Positions 28,231-32,000 of a stretch of DNA of 32,000 nt are shown here, one piece after another. The notes below the pieces were generated by a model. That model was not told the origin of the DNA. It made no database searches and worked only from the letters and a program-made list of their open reading frames with translations. Within the stretch, counting starts at the first letter, position 1. Each line of letters begins with the position of its first letter. The position numbers and the translations under genes are program-made. Source of the stretch: Wolbachia endosymbiont of Dirofilaria (Dirofilaria) immitis (GTDB lineage Bacteria; Pseudomonadota; Alphaproteobacteria; Rickettsiales; Anaplasmataceae); contig NZ_CP046578.1 in NCBI RefSeq assembly GCF_013365455.1, positions 870,001 to 902,000 of the forward strand, in the 5' to 3' direction.

Positions 28231-29211
28231 ATGATTTTTGCTTTCCCTGGTCAAGGTTCTCAGTTTATAGGAATGGGAAAGAGTTTATATAGTGAATTTC
28301 CTGTTGCAAGACAGGTATTTAACGAAGTAGATAATATACTAAATAGAAAATTATCCAGTTTAATTTTCGATGGTCCTATTGAAGAATTAACCATCACAGA
28401 AAATGCCCAACCAGCTATAATGACAGTGTCAATTGCAACATTACGTGCTATAGAACACGTACTTGGTAGGTCTCTTTTCTCTAATCACAATGCTAAATAC
28501 ATTTGTGGGCATTCAGTTGGCGAGTATACAGCATTATGTGCTGCAGGTGCATTGACTTTTGAGTCTGCAATTAAACTGCTAAAAGTCCGTAGCAAAGCAA
28601 TGCACGATGCTTCATTGAAATGCCAAGGAGGAATGGTTGCGTTATTAGGTGCAGAAATAAGCGAAGTAGAAAATATACTGAAATTGCCCCAAATTGACGG
28701 AATTTGTGAAATTGCAAATGATAACGGTGGTGGACAGGTAGTAGTGAGTGGTACTGTAGAGGCTCTTGAAATATTACCCAATTTACTCAAAAATACAAAC
28801 GTAAAGAAATTAATCAAATTACAAGTTAGTGGACCTTTTCATTCATCTCTTATGAAACCTGCTAATGAAAAACTTCTAAAATCTTTGGAGAATATCAAAA
28901 TAACTCAGCCTTTAATTCCCTTTGTATCAAATGTTACAGCTAAAGAAGAAAGCAATCCCAAAGCTATAAAAGCTTTACTTGCTAAGCAAGTCATAAGTAA
29001 AGTTAGATGGAAAGAGATGATTCTATATATGTCAAGCCACGGAATTAACAAATTTGTTGAAATTGGACCTAATAGGGTTTTATCTAATTTAGTGAAAAGA
29101 ATTGATCAATCTATCAGTACAAAAAATATAGACAGTATTAGTGATATTGGTAGCTTTTTTGACAAATCATTAATATTAACAGAAAAAAACTTAAAAGCTA
29201 GTTTAAGTTAA
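28231..29211 (+). CDS. fabD: malonyl-CoA:ACP transacylase
   Basis: 326 aa with FPGQGSQ..GMG, the active-site GHSVGEY, and ..QVSGPFHS... Confidence 0.93.
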   Translation: MIFAFPGQGSQFIGMGKSLYSEFPVARQVFNEVDNILNRKLSSLIFDGPIEELTITENAQPAIMTVSIATLRAIEHVLGRSLFSNHNAKYICGHSVGEYTALCAAGALTFESAIKLLKVRSKAMHDASLKCQGGMVALLGAEISEVENILKLPQIDGICEIANDNGGGQVVVSGTVEALEILPNLLKNTNVKKLIKLQVSGPFHSSLMKPANEKLLKSLENIKITQPLIPFVSNVTAKEESNPKAIKALLAKQVISKVRWKEMILYMSSHGINKFVEIGPNRVLSNLVKRIDQSISTKNIDSISDIGSFFDKSLILTEKNLKASLS

Positions 29212-29251
29212 ACGTTACCCCAGCTGAGATTATAAAGAATAATACAAAAAA

Positions 29252-30772
29252 TCACTCAATCAATGAATTACCTGTCATTTTATCTGTTTTTTTAATTCCA
29301 AGTAGCTGTAAAATAGTAGGAGCAACATCAGACAATCGTCCATCTCTCAGCTTTAGATTGCTACAAAAATCAGAGCATACAATAAATGGAACTCTATTTA
29401 AGGTGTGCGCAGTGTGAGGCGTATTATTTTCCTCATCAAATACACACTCAATATTACCGTGATCTGACGTAATAATAAGTACAGTATTACCACCTACTTT
29501 CTTAATAGCATTAAGCACTCTTGCAAGGCAATTATCTACAGCCAGCACAGCCTTCTCTGCTGCTTTCATGTTACCTGTATGCCCTATCATATCAGGGTTA
29601 GCATAATTTACAACTATTAGTGCAAATTCTTGGGAATGAATTTTCTCTACAAGTTTTTCTGTAAGCTCAAAAGCTGCCATTTCTGGTTGCAAATCATAAG
29701 TTTTAACTTTTGGTGAAGGAATCAAAATTCTTTCTTCACCAAAAAAAGGCTTTTCTTTCCTACAATTAAAGAAGAAAGTTACATGGGCGTATTTCTCAGT
29801 TTCAGCAATACGTAATTGCCGTAACTTATTGTCTTCTATCACTTGTCCTAAAGTGTCAGCAAAAGATGTAGCAGGAAAAAGACAAGGAATCTGAAGACTT
29901 TCTTTATATTTCATCATACTTAAAATAGAAGAAAACTTTACTACTTTATTATAGTCCGTCTTACCAAGTAAAATACTTGCCAACTGTATCATACGATCAG
30001 CACGAAAGTTAGCCAGTAACACCCCATCTTCTGGCTTTATGCCTTGATACTCACCTATTACTGCAGGTCTAACAAATTCATCAGCTATGCTGCTTTGATA
30101 GCTATTATCAATCAAAGACATTACATTATTATGACGCGGTGCTTTTGTAAATGCAATAGCCTCATAAGCTTCAACTGTTCTCTCCCACCTATTATCACGG
30201 TCCATAGCATAATAACGCCCAGAGACAGTAGCAATTTCTATGTCACCGCCCCTTACACTTTCTTTAAACTCTTGAATGCATTTTTTTCCTGAATTTGGCA
30301 ACGTATCCCTACCATCCAGAAATGCATGTACCACCACTTTGATTCCATGTTGCGATATTTTATTTGCTAAAATTGTAATGTGTTTTTGATGTGAATGGAC
30401 ACCTCCATCTGACACCAGTCCCATTATATGACACACGCCGTTCTTATCTTTTAAGCTATTAATAAAATTTTGTAGATTCACATTGCTTTCTATTGTTCCA
30501 ATTCCTTGATTAATACGCTGCAGGCTTTGTACTTCCACTCTGCCACCACCAATATTCATATGACCAACTTCTGAGTTACCCATTTGACCACTTGGTAACC
30601 CAACGTCAACTCCACAGGCAGATAAACTGCATTTTGGATAATTGGAGCTAATATATTGCCAACAGAGTGGATTAGCATTGCTAATAGCATTGTGCTTACT
30701 ATTTTCTATTCCATTCCCCCAGCCATCTAATATACATAAAACAACTGATTTAAAGTTCGTCAAAATCACCAT
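29252..30772 (-). CDS. gpmI: 2,3-bisphosphoglycerate-independent phosphoglycerate mutase
   Basis: 506 aa with N-terminal ..LCILDGWG.., the catalytic Ser region [14 protein letters not shown], and the metal-binding ..TSDHGN... Confidence 0.95.
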   Translation of the reverse strand: MVILTNFKSVVLCILDGWGNGIENSKHNAISNANPLCWQYISSNYPKCSLSACGVDVGLPSGQMGNSEVGHMNIGGGRVEVQSLQRINQGIGTIESNVNLQNFINSLKDKNGVCHIMGLVSDGGVHSHQKHITILANKISQHGIKVVVHAFLDGRDTLPNSGKKCIQEFKESVRGGDIEIATVSGRYYAMDRDNRWERTVEAYEAIAFTKAPRHNNVMSLIDNSYQSSIADEFVRPAVIGEYQGIKPEDGVLLANFRADRMIQLASILLGKTDYNKVVKFSSILSMMKYKESLQIPCLFPATSFADTLGQVIEDNKLRQLRIAETEKYAHVTFFFNCRKEKPFFGEERILIPSPKVKTYDLQPEMAAFELTEKLVEKIHSQEFALIVVNYANPDMIGHTGNMKAAEKAVLAVDNCLARVLNAIKKVGGNTVLIITSDHGNIECVFDEENNTPHTAHTLNRVPFIVCSDFCSNLKLRDGRLSDVAPTILQLLGIKKTDKMTGNSLIE

Positions 30773-30945
30773 ATTATAATAGAATCACACAATATAATGT
30801 TTTCTAAAAATACCAAAAATACCCCCCCATAACAATCTCTGCATTTATGACACTACACCCCTTATATACCATATATAACAAACCTTTAGCAAGTACATCT
30901 AGCACACGCAAACTTTCAGAAAGGAAAAACCACTTGATAAACTTT

Positions 30946-30993
30946 TGCTACTCTTATCATTTAATCTATGTAGATTAAATGATAAGAGTAGCA
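30946..30993. repeat. perfect 48-nt palindrome (23-bp arms, 2-nt centre)
   Basis: TGCTACTCTTATCATTTAATCTA-tg-TAGATTAAATGATAAGAGTAGCA, with no mismatch in 23 pairs. Confidence 0.95.
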
Positions 30994-31829
30994 CGCAATT
31001 CGCTTCTTACATTTAATTTTTCATCACATGTGCCTTATCCTTTACAACATTTTTAGGTTATTTTTACTCATATAAGCTAGAAAGTATACCTACAGAGGAC
31101 CCAAAACAGTAAGAGCAACACTAATTTATAGAATTAGGTAGTTGCATAGCTAGGCTATTATGAAGCTTCTTCACGCTCTTTCTTCTATCTAGCAAATCTT
31201 TTAAGTACTTATACTAAAAGTTAGTTTTACCTCCCCTAATTTAAGATACTGGCAATCAACGTTCATAGAAAAGCATATTAGGTCTCTTATCCCATAAACT
31301 TGATGAGTGTATACATATGAATAGTACAACGCCACAGAATATCCAGCAGCCATATTCCTCGATAAACAAAATCCACTGTATCATACCTTCATTGAAAATA
31401 ATTCATACATAAATGCATTAACAGGACCAAATTACTTAGCTATCAGAACTACAAAGAAAATATGAACTGCTATGGTTAGCAAATTAGTATGCTCTTAATA
31501 TCAAAAAACAGATAACTCACCACATTATAAAAACATAAACAGAAATTTCATAACTTTTCTCTTCCTATCTTACCAAAAAATATTGTAAATAATATAGTCA
31601 ATTTTCGGCATAATTTTGATATAGTATTTCTACTATGCGACTAAAAAAGCACACGATCATACTAAATAAAGTATTATAAGCTAAACTTGAAAGGATGATC
31701 CTTAACAAGGTCTTACTAAATCTTAGTATTTCCACATCATTGACTATATCAAGTGTTTCTATATTATATACTTCACCATGTTTAACTGAAAAAGATATTT
31801 TTCTATACAAGATCTTTCAATAAAGTGTC

Positions 31830-32000
31830 ATGACACATATTCCAGTTTTACTAAAAGAAATGCTATTGCACCTTTCACCACAAAATGGTGGTGTATATGT
31901 AGATGCTACATTTGGAGCTGGAGGATATAGCAAAGCAATATTGGAGTCAGCTGATTGCAAAGTATACGCAATTGATAGAGATGAAACGGTTATTAAATTC
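31830..32000 (+). CDS. rsmH: 16S rRNA (cytosine1402-N4)-methyltransferase RsmH, 5' part (runs off the window)
   Basis: The open frame from ATG 31830 to the window end translates to [57 protein letters not shown]. It carries HIPVLL and the SAM-binding [10 protein letters not shown]. It is absent from the ORF track because no stop lies in the window. Confidence 0.85.
   Translation, partial: MTHIPVLLKEMLLHLSPQNGGVYVDATFGAGGYSKAILESADCKVYAIDRDETVIKF

Noticed and set aside
31319-31825. Possible mraZ pseudogene immediately upstream of rsmH (plus-strand fragments SINKIHCIIPS and ERMILNKVLLNLSIS.. resembling the two D.KGR...P motifs)
   Set aside because: The matches are weak. The two motif candidates are about 108 codons apart, against about 75 in real MraZ, and they lie in different frames. 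I cannot support the call without a profile search.
1-32000. Scan for CRISPR arrays, rRNA genes, tmRNA or SRP RNA signatures, tandem repeats, intact IS elements with terminal inverted repeats, and toxin-antitoxin or defence gene pairs
   Set aside because: By eye I found no regularly spaced direct repeats, no rRNA-like conserved blocks, no second tRNA-like T-arm (GGTTCGA..CC), and no intact small gene pairs. Absence from a manual scan is not proof, and covariance-model searches would be decisive.

Overview
AT-rich window with the gene content and protein sequences of a reduced Anaplasmataceae (Wolbachia-like) obligate intracellular alphaproteobacterium; this assignment rests on protein resemblance only, with no search run. 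It holds 24 apparently intact, mostly housekeeping CDS: truA, dnaN, a yggT-family gene, ftsK, mraY, rnhB, a virB8-like gene, holB, tsaC, yajC, glmS, era, a PolB-like DEDDy exonuclease, prs, gatC, mtaB, a WSP-family outer membrane protein, czcD, pyrB, an Fe3+-type periplasmic binding protein, nadK, rpmE, fabD and gpmI. It also holds the 5' part of rsmH and one tRNA-Val(GAC). The main feature is gene decay. Eight blocks without credible ORFs total about 9.0 kb (28% of the window), and several translate into colinear but stop-riddled gene fossils: recA (clear), a probable tmk, a tandem-HTH XRE-type regulator next to tRNA-Val, a compressed group II intron reverse transcriptase/maturase, and unidentified membrane proteins. 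Inside this decayed DNA are two perfect palindromes (38 nt and 48 nt). Each lies about 175-190 nt upstream of an intact minus-strand gene. The only two 7-nt G/C homopolymers in the window both sit in sense orientation upstream of intact genes (prs, gpmI) within a shared TGGGGGGGWATTT context. I found no CRISPR array, rRNA, intact IS or prophage, and no intact multi-gene defence, toxin or secretion system. The candidates for something new are the conserved-looking structures within eroded DNA and the apparent loss of normally essential functions (recA, tmk), not a new intact operon.
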